Shown here: in pieces, positions 1-8,443 of the stretch | Layout of the letters: each line of letters begins with the position of its first letter | Numbering within the stretch: the first letter of the stretch is position 1 | Assembly (NCBI GenBank): GCA_036336835.1 | Contig: JAYZFK010000088.1 | Span: 28,002 to 92,001, forward strand | Source: Myxococcota bacterium | GTDB taxonomy: Bacteria; Myxococcota_A; UBA9160; UBA4427 | Length of the DNA: 64,000 nucleotides | Direction of reading: 5' to 3' | Notes under the pieces: generated by a model | Told to the model about the DNA's origin: nothing | The model's database searches: none | Seen by the model: only the letters and a program-made list of their open reading frames with translations | Program-made: the position numbers and the translations under genes

Positions 1-466
1 CGCGCTCCTGCTCGGCGCGCTCGGGGTGCTGTCGGGCCAGCTCGCCGTTGGTGGGATCGTGGGGGGCGCTGCCCTGGCGCTCTGGCGGCGTACCGAGTCG
101 GGTGCGCGGGCGCCGGCTTCGCGCAGCTGGGGTGCCGTGGCGGCGCTCGTCGCCTGCGTCGTGGTGTCGCGGGCGATCGGTGCCGCTGAGCGGGATCGCG
201 AGGCGAGTCACCAGCTCGTGGGGCTGGAGCAGGCGCTGGCCGAGGTGAGCGCGATCCACGGCGCCCCTCCCGCGCGGCTCGCGGACCTCGGCTGGCGGTT
301 GCCCGCGCTGTTTGCCGATGCGCGAGCCGAGTTGATCGATCCGTGGGGAAGCGCATGGCGTTACCGGACGCCCGGTGCGGATGGCGACGGCTACGATCTC
401 GGTAGCCTCGGCCCGGACGGCGTGCTCGGCGGTGGAGACGACGTGGGAGATCCATTCGAGCCATGA
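1..466 (+). CDS. Polytopic membrane protein with C-terminal GspG/T2SS pseudopilin-like domain (5' truncated by window)
   Basis: Frame open from position 2 with about 3 hydrophobic segments. C-terminus DPWGSAWRYRTPG...YDLGSLGPDGVLGGGDDV matches the GspG C-terminal signature. Stop overlaps oppA start (ATGA). Confidence 0.7.
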   Translation, partial: ALLLGALGVLSGQLAVGGIVGGAALALWRRTESGARAPASRSWGAVAALVACVVVSRAIGAAERDREASHQLVGLEQALAEVSAIHGAPPARLADLGWRLPALFADARAELIDPWGSAWRYRTPGADGDGYDLGSLGPDGVLGGGDDVGDPFEP

Positions 467-2490
467 TGCGCACGCTGGCTGCGCTCGGGCTGGTGGCGCT
501 GGCGGCCCTGGCCGCGGTGGCCCTGACGCTCGGGGCAAGCGTCGAGGCGCCGGCCAACTTCCGCTTCGTGAACGGCACCGAGCCGACGACGCTCGATCCA
601 CAACGGCTGACGGGCCAGCCCGGTGGCCGCGTCGTGTCGGCCATCTTCGAGGGACTCGCCCGCTACGACGAACGCTCGATGGATCCCGTGCCGGGCGCGG
701 CCGAGCACTGGAGCGTCTCGGCGGACGGGCGGCGCTACGAGTTCACGCTTCGCGACGACGCCTACTGGAGCGACGGCACGCCGGTGACGGCGCAAGACTT
801 CGCGTGGTCCTGGCGGCGGTTACAGGATCCGAGCTTTGCCGCCGAGTACGCCTACATCCTGCACTTCGTCCGCTTCGCAGAGGAGTACAACCTGTACGGG
901 GGGCAGGCTGATCGGTTGGAGGCGGTCGTGGAGACGGCGCTGCCCGCGCTGCGCGAAGCGACCGGTCCTCGGGTCGCCGCGGTCGAGTGGCAGCGCTTCG
1001 CGGCCGAGCACGAGCTGGCAGACCTGGCCAACGCGTCGCCCGATCCCGAGATCGCTCGGCTGTTGGCGGCGGAGAGCGGCGAGATTTCGCTCGAGCTGGC
1101 TGCGCGTACCGTCGGACGTGAGGCGAAGCGGCGGCGCGCTGTGTTCGAGGAAGCCAGCCGGCGCTTCGGGGTCGATGGCGGGGTGTTTGCAACCGGTGAC
1201 AAACGGCTCGTCGTCGAGCTCGACGCAGCGACCCCGTACTTCATCACGCTGACGGCGTTCTACCCGATGTTGCCCTCACCTCGCTGGGTGATCGATGTAC
1301 CGGGCAACGAGCTCGACTGGTTCCTGCCGGAGAAGATCGTCACGAACGGACCGTTCCGGCTGGAGAGCTGGCGGATCAACGACAAGATCCGGCTGGTCAA
1401 GAGCCCGAACTACTGGGGCCGCGACGAGGTGCGTCTCGAACGCGTCGACGTGCTGCCGACCGAGCATCAGGCGACTGCGCTGAACCTGTATCTCACGGGT
1501 GGCGCGGATTGGCTCCCGGGCAGCTATCCAAGCGATCTCGTCGACGTGCTGCGCCAGCGCGACGACTTCTACGCCCAGGCCGGCCTCAGCGTCTACTTCT
1601 ACAAACTGAACACCACGCGGCCCCCTTTCGACGACGCTCGCGTGCGGCTCGCGATCAACTTGGCGATCGACCGCACGGAGATCGTCGAAGAAGTGCTGCG
1701 GCTCGGGCAACTACCGGCGACTCGGTTCGTGCCGCCCGGGATGGTCGGCTACCCGCCGCCGGACTCGCCGATCGGGCTCGACGTCGAGCGAGCGCGCCGG
1801 CTGCTCGCCGAGGCGGGCCATCCGGAGGGCCGCGGTATCGAAGAGATCGGCATCCTCTACAACACCAGCGAGGGCCACAAGAAGATCGCCGAGGTCGTCG
1901 CCGATCAGCTGCGGCGCAACCTGGGGCTCGACGTCCGCGCGTACAACCAGGAGTGGCAGTCGTTCCTGACGACCGTTCGCAACCTGGACTACGACATGTC
2001 GCGCTATGGCTGGACCGGTGACTACGTCGACCCGAACACTTTTCTCGACATGTGGCTGACCGGCGGCGGCAACAACAATACCGGCTGGAGTCATGCAGGC
2101 TTCGACCGGCTGGTCGCGGCCGCAGCGGATGTGGATGCCTTCGTGCGCTCGGGCCAAGCGTCCGCCATTGGCTGGAAGAGGGCTGCGCGAGTCGAGCGCG
2201 CGATCGCGGCCGTCGAGTCGGCGGCCGGTGCAGACGGGCGGCGCCTCGCGCTCGCTCGGCTGCGGATGGAGATCCTGCGCGAGGCGGAAGCCATCCTGCT
2301 CCAGGATGGGCTGCCGATGGTGCCCGTCTACTTCTACGTCAACAGCGGGCTGGTCGCGCCGGAAGTGCGCGGATTCTACATGGAGACGGTGAAGTCCGAC
2401 GGCGCGCGCGGCGTCAACCTGCAGAACTGGCACCCGCTGCGCGGGATCTGGATCGACCGCGCAGCGCGCCGGCCGAGGCTCGGCGGGTGA
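463..2490 (+). CDS. oppA: Oligopeptide ABC transporter substrate-binding protein (SBP family 5) with two large insertions
   Basis: N-terminal hydrophobic anchor; EPTTLDP, YEFTLRDDAYWSDGTPVTAQDF, NGPFRL, PPFDDARVRLAINLAIDR, GWTGDYVDPNTFL motifs. Confidence 0.92.
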   Translation: MMRTLAALGLVALAALAAVALTLGASVEAPANFRFVNGTEPTTLDPQRLTGQPGGRVVSAIFEGLARYDERSMDPVPGAAEHWSVSADGRRYEFTLRDDAYWSDGTPVTAQDFAWSWRRLQDPSFAAEYAYILHFVRFAEEYNLYGGQADRLEAVVETALPALREATGPRVAAVEWQRFAAEHELADLANASPDPEIARLLAAESGEISLELAARTVGREAKRRRAVFEEASRRFGVDGGVFATGDKRLVVELDAATPYFITLTAFYPMLPSPRWVIDVPGNELDWFLPEKIVTNGPFRLESWRINDKIRLVKSPNYWGRDEVRLERVDVLPTEHQATALNLYLTGGADWLPGSYPSDLVDVLRQRDDFYAQAGLSVYFYKLNTTRPPFDDARVRLAINLAIDRTEIVEEVLRLGQLPATRFVPPGMVGYPPPDSPIGLDVERARRLLAEAGHPEGRGIEEIGILYNTSEGHKKIAEVVADQLRRNLGLDVRAYNQEWQSFLTTVRNLDYDMSRYGWTGDYVDPNTFLDMWLTGGGNNNTGWSHAGFDRLVAAAADVDAFVRSGQASAIGWKRAARVERAIAAVESAAGADGRRLALARLRMEILREAEAILLQDGLPMVPVYFYVNSGLVAPEVRGFYMETVKSDGARGVNLQNWHPLRGIWIDRAARRPRLGG

Positions 2491-3632
2491 GCGGGCTGGA
2501 GTTCGTGCTGTTGCTCGCCGGTCTCGGTGTCGTCACGCTTCCGGTATGGCTGTCGCGCGCGGCGGTCCGCGTCGTCGGCTCGTTTTGGCTCGGCCTTGCG
2601 GTTGCGCTCGGTGTTCGCGCGACGGGCGCATACGACGCGTCGTGGCTGTTTGCGGCGGCAGTTTTCGTCCCGGTCGCGGCGCTGTCCTGGGTCGCAGGCG
2701 GGGTGCTGCTGCTGCGCCGCATCGCCTTCCTGCTGCCCTCTCTCGTTCTGCTCATCTACGTCACCACGCTGCTGATGTACAAAGCGCCCGGCAACCCGTT
2801 CGCCAACGAGCGCGTTGCTTCGCCTCAGGTAGAAGCGCTATTGCGCGCGCAGTATGGCGTGCCCGAGGACGCGACCGAGTTCTTCGGCATCTACCTGCGC
2901 CGGCTCGTGGTCGAGGGGACGCTCGGACCGTCGATCAAGGTGCAGGGCCGACGGGTCGAGGATCTGCTGCGGCCGGCGTTGCCCGTCAGTCTCGCGCTCG
3001 GCGGGCTTGCCCTGGTGCTGGCGGCATCGCTGGGGCTGTTGTTGGGCCTGCGTGCCGGGCTGAAGCCGCACTCGTTGGCCGATCATGGAAGCATGGCGCT
3101 CGCGATGGTCGGCATCTCGCTGCCGAACTTCGTGATCGGGGCCGGTCTGATCGTCGTGTTCGCGCTCGAGCTCGGCTGGCTGCCGGTCGCCGGCTGGGGG
3201 AGCTTGCGCCATCTGTGGCTGCCGGCGATCACACTGGCGCTGCCGTACGCCGCCTACATCGCGCGGCTCGTCCGCGCGGGCACGATCGAGGCCATGCAGC
3301 AGGATTTCGTGCGCACCGCGCGGGCCAAGGGTCTGCCGGAGCGCGAGATCGTGTTTCGTCACGCCTTCCGCGCGGCCGTCGCGCCCGCGGTGTCGTTCCT
3401 CGGTCCGGCGGCCGCCGGCATCATGACGGGCTCCTTCGTGGTCGAGATCCTGTTCGGCGTGCCCGGCATGGGGCAGTGGTTCGTCAAGGGCGCGATCAAC
3501 CGCGACTACTCGGTGGTGCTGGGGACGGCGACGATCTACTTCGCCCTGATCACGCTGTTCAACTTTGCGGTCGACCTGGCGCAGTCGTGGCTCGACCCGC
3601 GGGTCCGAGACGCGGACCGGGAGGCGGTGTGA
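2487..3632 (+). CDS. oppB: Oligopeptide ABC transporter permease with extra N-terminal membrane segments
   Basis: GTG overlaps oppA stop; EAA loop DFVRTARAKGLPE; VVEILFGVPGMG; RDYSVV; LDPRVR. Confidence 0.9.
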   Translation: MSGLEFVLLLAGLGVVTLPVWLSRAAVRVVGSFWLGLAVALGVRATGAYDASWLFAAAVFVPVAALSWVAGGVLLLRRIAFLLPSLVLLIYVTTLLMYKAPGNPFANERVASPQVEALLRAQYGVPEDATEFFGIYLRRLVVEGTLGPSIKVQGRRVEDLLRPALPVSLALGGLALVLAASLGLLLGLRAGLKPHSLADHGSMALAMVGISLPNFVIGAGLIVVFALELGWLPVAGWGSLRHLWLPAITLALPYAAYIARLVRAGTIEAMQQDFVRTARAKGLPEREIVFRHAFRAAVAPAVSFLGPAAAGIMTGSFVVEILFGVPGMGQWFVKGAINRDYSVVLGTATIYFALITLFNFAVDLAQSWLDPRVRDADREAV

Positions 3633-4510
3633 AGGCCGCTCGCCGCTCAGCACTCGAAGTCGGGCCGGGGATGCGCGCCTGGGCCCGGCTGCGGCGCAAC
3701 CGCGCGGCCATGGCCGGTGGCTGGCTGCTGATCGGCACGAGCCTGCTGTGCTTCGTGTTGCCGATGCTGCTCGGGCTCGACCCCCAGACGACCGATCCGG
3801 TGCGCCACCTCGAGGCGCCCGGCCCGGACGCCTGGCTCGGCCGCGACTCGCTCGGCCGCGACTATCTCGCTCGCGTGCTGGTGGGAGGACGGACGTCGTT
3901 GCTCGTCGGCCTGGTCGCGACGGCGGCGTCGGTCACGATCGGCGTGCTCTACGGGATGGTCGCGGGCTACTACGGCGGCTGGCTCGACGAGGCCATGATG
4001 CGCCTCGTCGACTTCCTGTACGGCCTGCCGTACATGTTCATCGTCATCCTGATCATGCTGCTGTTCAGCGAGACGGCGCGCGGCGAGCCGCTCCCGGTGT
4101 TCGTCGCGCTGGGCCTGGTGCAGTGGTTGACGATGGCGCGGAGCGTGCGCGGCGAGACGCGCGCGCTCCGCGAGCGTGAGTTCGTTCTCGCGGCACGCAG
4201 CAGCGGGGCGGGCGACGCGCGAATCCTGCTGCGTCACGTGCTGCCGAATCTGCTCGGTGTGATCATCGTGTACGCCACGCTGACGGTGCCCGCGGTGATC
4301 ATTCTCGAGTCGTTCCTGTCGTTCCTCGGTCTCGGCGTCGATCTCTCCTGGGGGCAGCTGGTGTCGGAGGGCGTCGACGTGGTCAATCCGATCCAGTCCT
4401 ACTGGTGGCTGCTGGCCGCGCCGAGTGCGCTGCTGGCGACGACCCTGTTCAGCTTGAACTTCCTGGGCGACGGGATGCGCGACGCATTCGATCCGCGGGG
4501 CGAGGCGTGA
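3629..4510 (+). CDS. oppC: Oligopeptide ABC transporter permease
   Basis: WLGRDSLGRD, EFVLAARSSGA, LRHVLPN, ESFLSFLGLG, NFLGDGMRDAFDP. GTG overlaps oppB stop; alternative ATG at 3671. Confidence 0.92.
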   Translation: MKAARRSALEVGPGMRAWARLRRNRAAMAGGWLLIGTSLLCFVLPMLLGLDPQTTDPVRHLEAPGPDAWLGRDSLGRDYLARVLVGGRTSLLVGLVATAASVTIGVLYGMVAGYYGGWLDEAMMRLVDFLYGLPYMFIVILIMLLFSETARGEPLPVFVALGLVQWLTMARSVRGETRALREREFVLAARSSGAGDARILLRHVLPNLLGVIIVYATLTVPAVIILESFLSFLGLGVDLSWGQLVSEGVDVVNPIQSYWWLLAAPSALLATTLFSLNFLGDGMRDAFDPRGEA

Positions 4511-5499
4511 GCGGACCGCTGCTCGAGGTCGACGCGCTGCGCGTCCAGATCGACGCCGAGGACCCAGACGCGCGGCCGGTGCGCGCCGTCGACGGGGTGT
4601 CGTTCGAGATCGAGCGCGGCGAGGTGCTCGGCCTGGTCGGCGAGTCGGGCTGCGGCAAGACGCTCACTGGCCTGGCGCTGCTCGGCCGGCTACCGCGCCC
4701 GCGCGGGCGCATTGCCGGCGGTGCGGTTCGGCTTGACGGTATCGACCTCACCGCGCTCGCCGAGCCGGAGCGCCGCGCGATCCGCGGCAGGCGGATGGCG
4801 ATGATCTTCCAGGATCCGATGACGAGCCTGAACCCCTACCTGCGCATCGGCGACCAGCTGATCGAGGGTGCCGTCTGGCAGGGTGGCGTGACGCGTCGCG
4901 CGGCGCTCCGTCGGGCCGAGGCGCTGCTCGCACGCGTAGGGATTCCCGATGCCCGCGCGCGCCTGCGCTCGTTTCCGCACGAGCTGTCGGGCGGGATGCG
5001 CCAACGAGCGATGATTGCGATGGCGTTGCTCGCCGAGCCGGATCTGTTGATCGCCGACGAGCCGACGACGGCACTCGACGTGACGATTCAGGCACAGATC
5101 CTGGCGCTGCTCGCCGCGCTCCGGGCGGAGCGCGGCATGTCGATGCTGCTGATCACGCACGATCTGGGCGTGGTTGCCGGCCTGTGCGACCGGGTGCTGG
5201 TGATGTACGCCGGCCAGATCGTCGAGTCCGGGCCGGTGCGCGCGCTGTTCGATCGTCCGTACCATCCCTATACGCGCGCGCTGCTGCGTTCGACGCCGCG
5301 CATCGGGGCCCGCGCCGCCCGGCTCGCGAGCCTCGACGGGTTGCCTCCGCGTCTCGATGCGGCGCCCATGCCGGGCTGCCGCTTCGAGCCTCGTTGCGCG
5401 CTGGCGCGACCCGCCTGCCGCGAGGCCGAGCCGGCGCTCGAGGGCATCGCGGAAGGCCGTGACCGCCGCTGTATCGCCGGGCTGGAGGAGCTCGCATGA
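4507..5499 (+). CDS. oppD: Oligopeptide ABC transporter ATP-binding protein
   Basis: Walker A GESGCGKT, FQDPMTSLNP, LSGGMRQR, DEPTTALD, HPYT, C-terminal GCRFEPRC. Confidence 0.95.
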   Translation: MSGPLLEVDALRVQIDAEDPDARPVRAVDGVSFEIERGEVLGLVGESGCGKTLTGLALLGRLPRPRGRIAGGAVRLDGIDLTALAEPERRAIRGRRMAMIFQDPMTSLNPYLRIGDQLIEGAVWQGGVTRRAALRRAEALLARVGIPDARARLRSFPHELSGGMRQRAMIAMALLAEPDLLIADEPTTALDVTIQAQILALLAALRAERGMSMLLITHDLGVVAGLCDRVLVMYAGQIVESGPVRALFDRPYHPYTRALLRSTPRIGARAARLASLDGLPPRLDAAPMPGCRFEPRCALARPACREAEPALEGIAEGRDRRCIAGLEELA

Positions 5500-6443
5500 G
5501 CGGGCCGCCGCTGCTCGCGGTCGAGGATCTGTCGGTCGACTTCCGCGTCGGGGAGGCGCGGCTGCGGGCTGTCGACAGCGTCTCGCTCGAGCTTCGGGCC
5601 GGCGAGACGCTGGCGCTGGTCGGGGAGTCCGGCTGCGGCAAGTCGACGCTCGCACGCGCCATCGGCGGCCTGGTGCGCGTGCGGCACGGCTCGGTCCGAC
5701 TCGCTGGCAGCGAGCTCGTCGGGCTGTCGCGCCGCGCCTGGAAGCCGATTCGGCGCCGCGTGCAGATGGTGTTCCAGGATCCGGACGCGAGCCTCAATCC
5801 GCGGATGAACGCGGCGGCGTTGATCGGCGAGCCGATGCTCGTGCACCGGAGGCTGCGCGGGCGCGAGCTCGATCGCGAGGTGTGCAAGTTGATGGAGCGC
5901 GTTGGGCTCGATCCCACGCTGCGGACGCACTTTCCCCACGCGTTCTCCGGCGGGCAGCGCCAGCGCATCGGTATCGCGCGGGCGCTGGCGGTCGAGCCCG
6001 AGCTATTGCTGTGCGACGAGGTGACGTCGGCGCTCGACGTCTCGATCCAGGCCCAGATCCTCGAGCTGCTGCGCGAGCTGCAGCGCCAGCTCGGGATCGC
6101 GATCCTGTTCATCACCCACGACCTCGCGGTGGTGCGCCACCTCGCCGATCGAGTCGCCGTGATGTACCTGGGCCAGATCGTCGAGACGGCATCGGCCGAG
6201 GCGCTGTTTGCCGGCGCCGGCCACCCCTACTCGGAAGCGCTGCTGGCGGCAGTACCGCGCGTCGACGGTCCCCCGATCGCCGCGGCGGCGGACCGCAGCG
6301 ACGAGGTGCCGTCGCCGCTCGCGCCGCCGCCGGGCTGCCGTTTCCACCCCCGCTGTGCGCTGGCCTTGGAGCGCTGCACGCGCGAGGCGCCCGGGGAGTA
6401 CCCGATCGCGACCGGCCGCGCGCGCTGCTTCCTGCGCGCCTGA
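5496..6443 (+). CDS. oppF: Oligopeptide ABC transporter ATP-binding protein
   Basis: GESGCGKS, FQDPDASLNP, FSGGQRQR, DEVTSALD, HPYS, GCRFHPRC. Confidence 0.95.
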   Translation: MSGPPLLAVEDLSVDFRVGEARLRAVDSVSLELRAGETLALVGESGCGKSTLARAIGGLVRVRHGSVRLAGSELVGLSRRAWKPIRRRVQMVFQDPDASLNPRMNAAALIGEPMLVHRRLRGRELDREVCKLMERVGLDPTLRTHFPHAFSGGQRQRIGIARALAVEPELLLCDEVTSALDVSIQAQILELLRELQRQLGIAILFITHDLAVVRHLADRVAVMYLGQIVETASAEALFAGAGHPYSEALLAAVPRVDGPPIAAAADRSDEVPSPLAPPPGCRFHPRCALALERCTREAPGEYPIATGRARCFLRA

Positions 6444-6559
6444 GCGCGGGGCGGCGTCGTCGGCGAGCTGCGGCTGAGTGGGGCGCGCGACGGGCGTCCG
6501 GGTGTGCGGCCATCGTCTGGGCATCACGTGGCTGCGCGGCGGGTTCGCTGCTACGGGCC

Positions 6560-6568
6560 TGCTAGCCT
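6560..6568 (+). promoter_or_regulatory. Putative extended -10 promoter element (TGCTAGCCT)
   Basis: TGn-TAnnnT about 45 nt upstream of the ATG at 6613; similar elements precede several other genes in the window. Confidence 0.4.
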
Positions 6569-6612
6569 GCGGGCCATCACGCCCCGATTCGTTGGGGCGT
6601 ACAGGAGGTCGA

Positions 6613-6921
6613 ATGCGTCTCGACTACTCGATCTCGCTGCAAGACGTGGGTATCCCCCGATTCTCGGTCGAGGCCGTCGAGGGGATCGCCAAGCTGTTCA
6701 CGCTCGCGACGCTCGTGTTGAACGTGCTCGAGACCAAGGAGCGCGTAGAGATCGTATTCCACGGACTCAACCCCGAGGATCCCGAGCGCAAGATCCAGGG
6801 CTTCCAGGAGATCGTGAATTCGTCGCAGAGCGACAAGCTGTTGCAATTCTCGTCAGGGCAGGGCGGCCGCGTTTCCAGCTCGTCGAGCTACTATCAGTGG
6901 CTCAGCGTGACCCGGAGCTGA
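6613..6921 (+). CDS. Hypothetical protein, 102 aa
   Basis: Strong SD AGGAGG at 6603-6608 before ATG; GC3-rich codons and globular composition; no family recognised. Confidence 0.75.
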   Translation: MRLDYSISLQDVGIPRFSVEAVEGIAKLFTLATLVLNVLETKERVEIVFHGLNPEDPERKIQGFQEIVNSSQSDKLLQFSSGQGGRVSSSSSYYQWLSVTRS

Positions 6922-8443
6922 GTTCGCAGTCGCGTCCCCCCCAGGCGTGTTGCCGGGCGAGCGAGCGGCGCACCAGCTCGCGCAGCGCGCGCTCGCGCGG
7001 CATCGCAAACGGCAGCGCCGCCGCATACCGTCGGAACAGCTCGCAACGCTCGGTCGCGGGCAACGCGGCCTCTGGCAGCGAGGCGTTCAGCTCGGCCAGT
7101 GCGCGCAGCCGCGCGTCGTCGTCGAGCCGGCGCCGGAAGCGCACGCCCTCCAGATCGATCAGCACCGGCGTCCCCGTCGCGAGGCCGTAGACGTGCGAGG
7201 CCTGGAGATCACCGTGGTCGACGCCTCGCCGGTGGAGCCCGAGCAGCAGTCGCAGCAGGCCGTCGGAATCGATCGCAGCCGGTGCAGCCGCCTCCAGGCA
7301 GCCTCGCTCGGCGACGTCGGCGAGCAACAGGATCGACCCGCCGCGGCTGCCCCCGCGCGCGAGCCAGGCGAGCGGACGCGCGACTCCGAGGCCGCGCGCC
7401 AGTAGCCCGTGCCCGCCGACCCAGCCGCGTTCCGCAGGCGAGCCCCGCAGCGGATCGGCCAGCCGCCTGCCCAGGCCGGCCTTGGTTACCTCCTTGGCGA
7501 TCAGGGCGCGGCCGCCCGCGCGCAGCCGCGTGACGCGCGCGCGCGCATCGTCCTTCAGCACGTTCGCGGCACCGGCCTCGAGTGCGGCCGTGTGGGCGGC
7601 GCATGCCTCGCGCACGGCGTCATTGCTGAAGTCGCGTGCTCGCATGCCGGGTCCGAGCACGGGATCGACCCGCAGCTGACCGCCTCCGTCGCTGCGCGAG
7701 CGCCGGGTGCGACCGCGGTAGTGATCGTGGGCGAACGCCTCGACGCGCTCGCCCGCTGCAAGCAGGGTCGCGCGCGTCGCCGCGCCGCCGAGCGCGGCAC
7801 GCCTCAGACGCAGGCGGTCGGTTCGGGAGAGACCGAGGCGAGCGAGCGAGAACTCCAGCGAGGCGAGGTCGCGAGCGTGGGCGCGTAGCGCGCGCGTCAG
7901 CCGCGCCCGCTGCCAATCGACCAGCACGGGCTCTCCATCGTCGCTCAGCAGGACATTGCCGTGATGCAGATCGCCGTGCGCGATGCCCGCGATGCGCAGC
8001 CGGCGCAGGATCAGCCCGAGCCCGTCGACCAGCTCGCGTCGGTCGGCCGCTGAGGCGGTGCGGAGTGCGTCCGCGAGCGGGCGGTGCGAGACGAAGTCCA
8101 TCGCCACCCACTCCTCGTCACCGCGTCGGGCGTGGGCGCGAGGGGTCGGTGCCGGCAGGTCCTGCGCGGCCAGGGCGTCGAGTGCCCGCCACTCGCGCGC
8201 CGCGGCGCTGCGGCCCAGCGCGCGTTTCCAGCTTGCCCGACTCGTCACGCCCGCCGAGGTCGCGGGGCGGGCGCGGAAGTGCTTCAGCACCAGCGGGTGG
8301 CTTGCCTCGCTGGCGTGCAGCTGCACGACGCGCCGGCGTGGCGTCTCGGCAATCACCGCGCCCGGTGTCGAGCCCTCGATTGCAGCCTCCAGGGTCGCGC
8401 GCAGGGCCTCGTCCCCGGCAAGCCAGTACAACGTCGCGCTCAC
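6902..8443 (-). CDS. Lipopolysaccharide kinase (WaaP/InaA/Kdo-kinase-like) with two tandem kinase domains
   Basis: Domain 1: LVLKHF, REWRAL, HGDLHHGNVLL, LVDWQ. Domain 2: LIAKEV, HGDLQASHV, LIDLE. GTG overlaps the glycosyltransferase stop. Confidence 0.8.
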   Translation of the reverse strand: MSATLYWLAGDEALRATLEAAIEGSTPGAVIAETPRRRVVQLHASEASHPLVLKHFRARPATSAGVTSRASWKRALGRSAAAREWRALDALAAQDLPAPTPRAHARRGDEEWVAMDFVSHRPLADALRTASAADRRELVDGLGLILRRLRIAGIAHGDLHHGNVLLSDDGEPVLVDWQRARLTRALRAHARDLASLEFSLARLGLSRTDRLRLRRAALGGAATRATLLAAGERVEAFAHDHYRGRTRRSRSDGGGQLRVDPVLGPGMRARDFSNDAVREACAAHTAALEAGAANVLKDDARARVTRLRAGGRALIAKEVTKAGLGRRLADPLRGSPAERGWVGGHGLLARGLGVARPLAWLARGGSRGGSILLLADVAERGCLEAAAPAAIDSDGLLRLLLGLHRRGVDHGDLQASHVYGLATGTPVLIDLEGVRFRRRLDDDARLRALAELNASLPEAALPATERCELFRRYAAALPFAMPRERALRELVRRSLARQHAWGGRDCELSSGSR

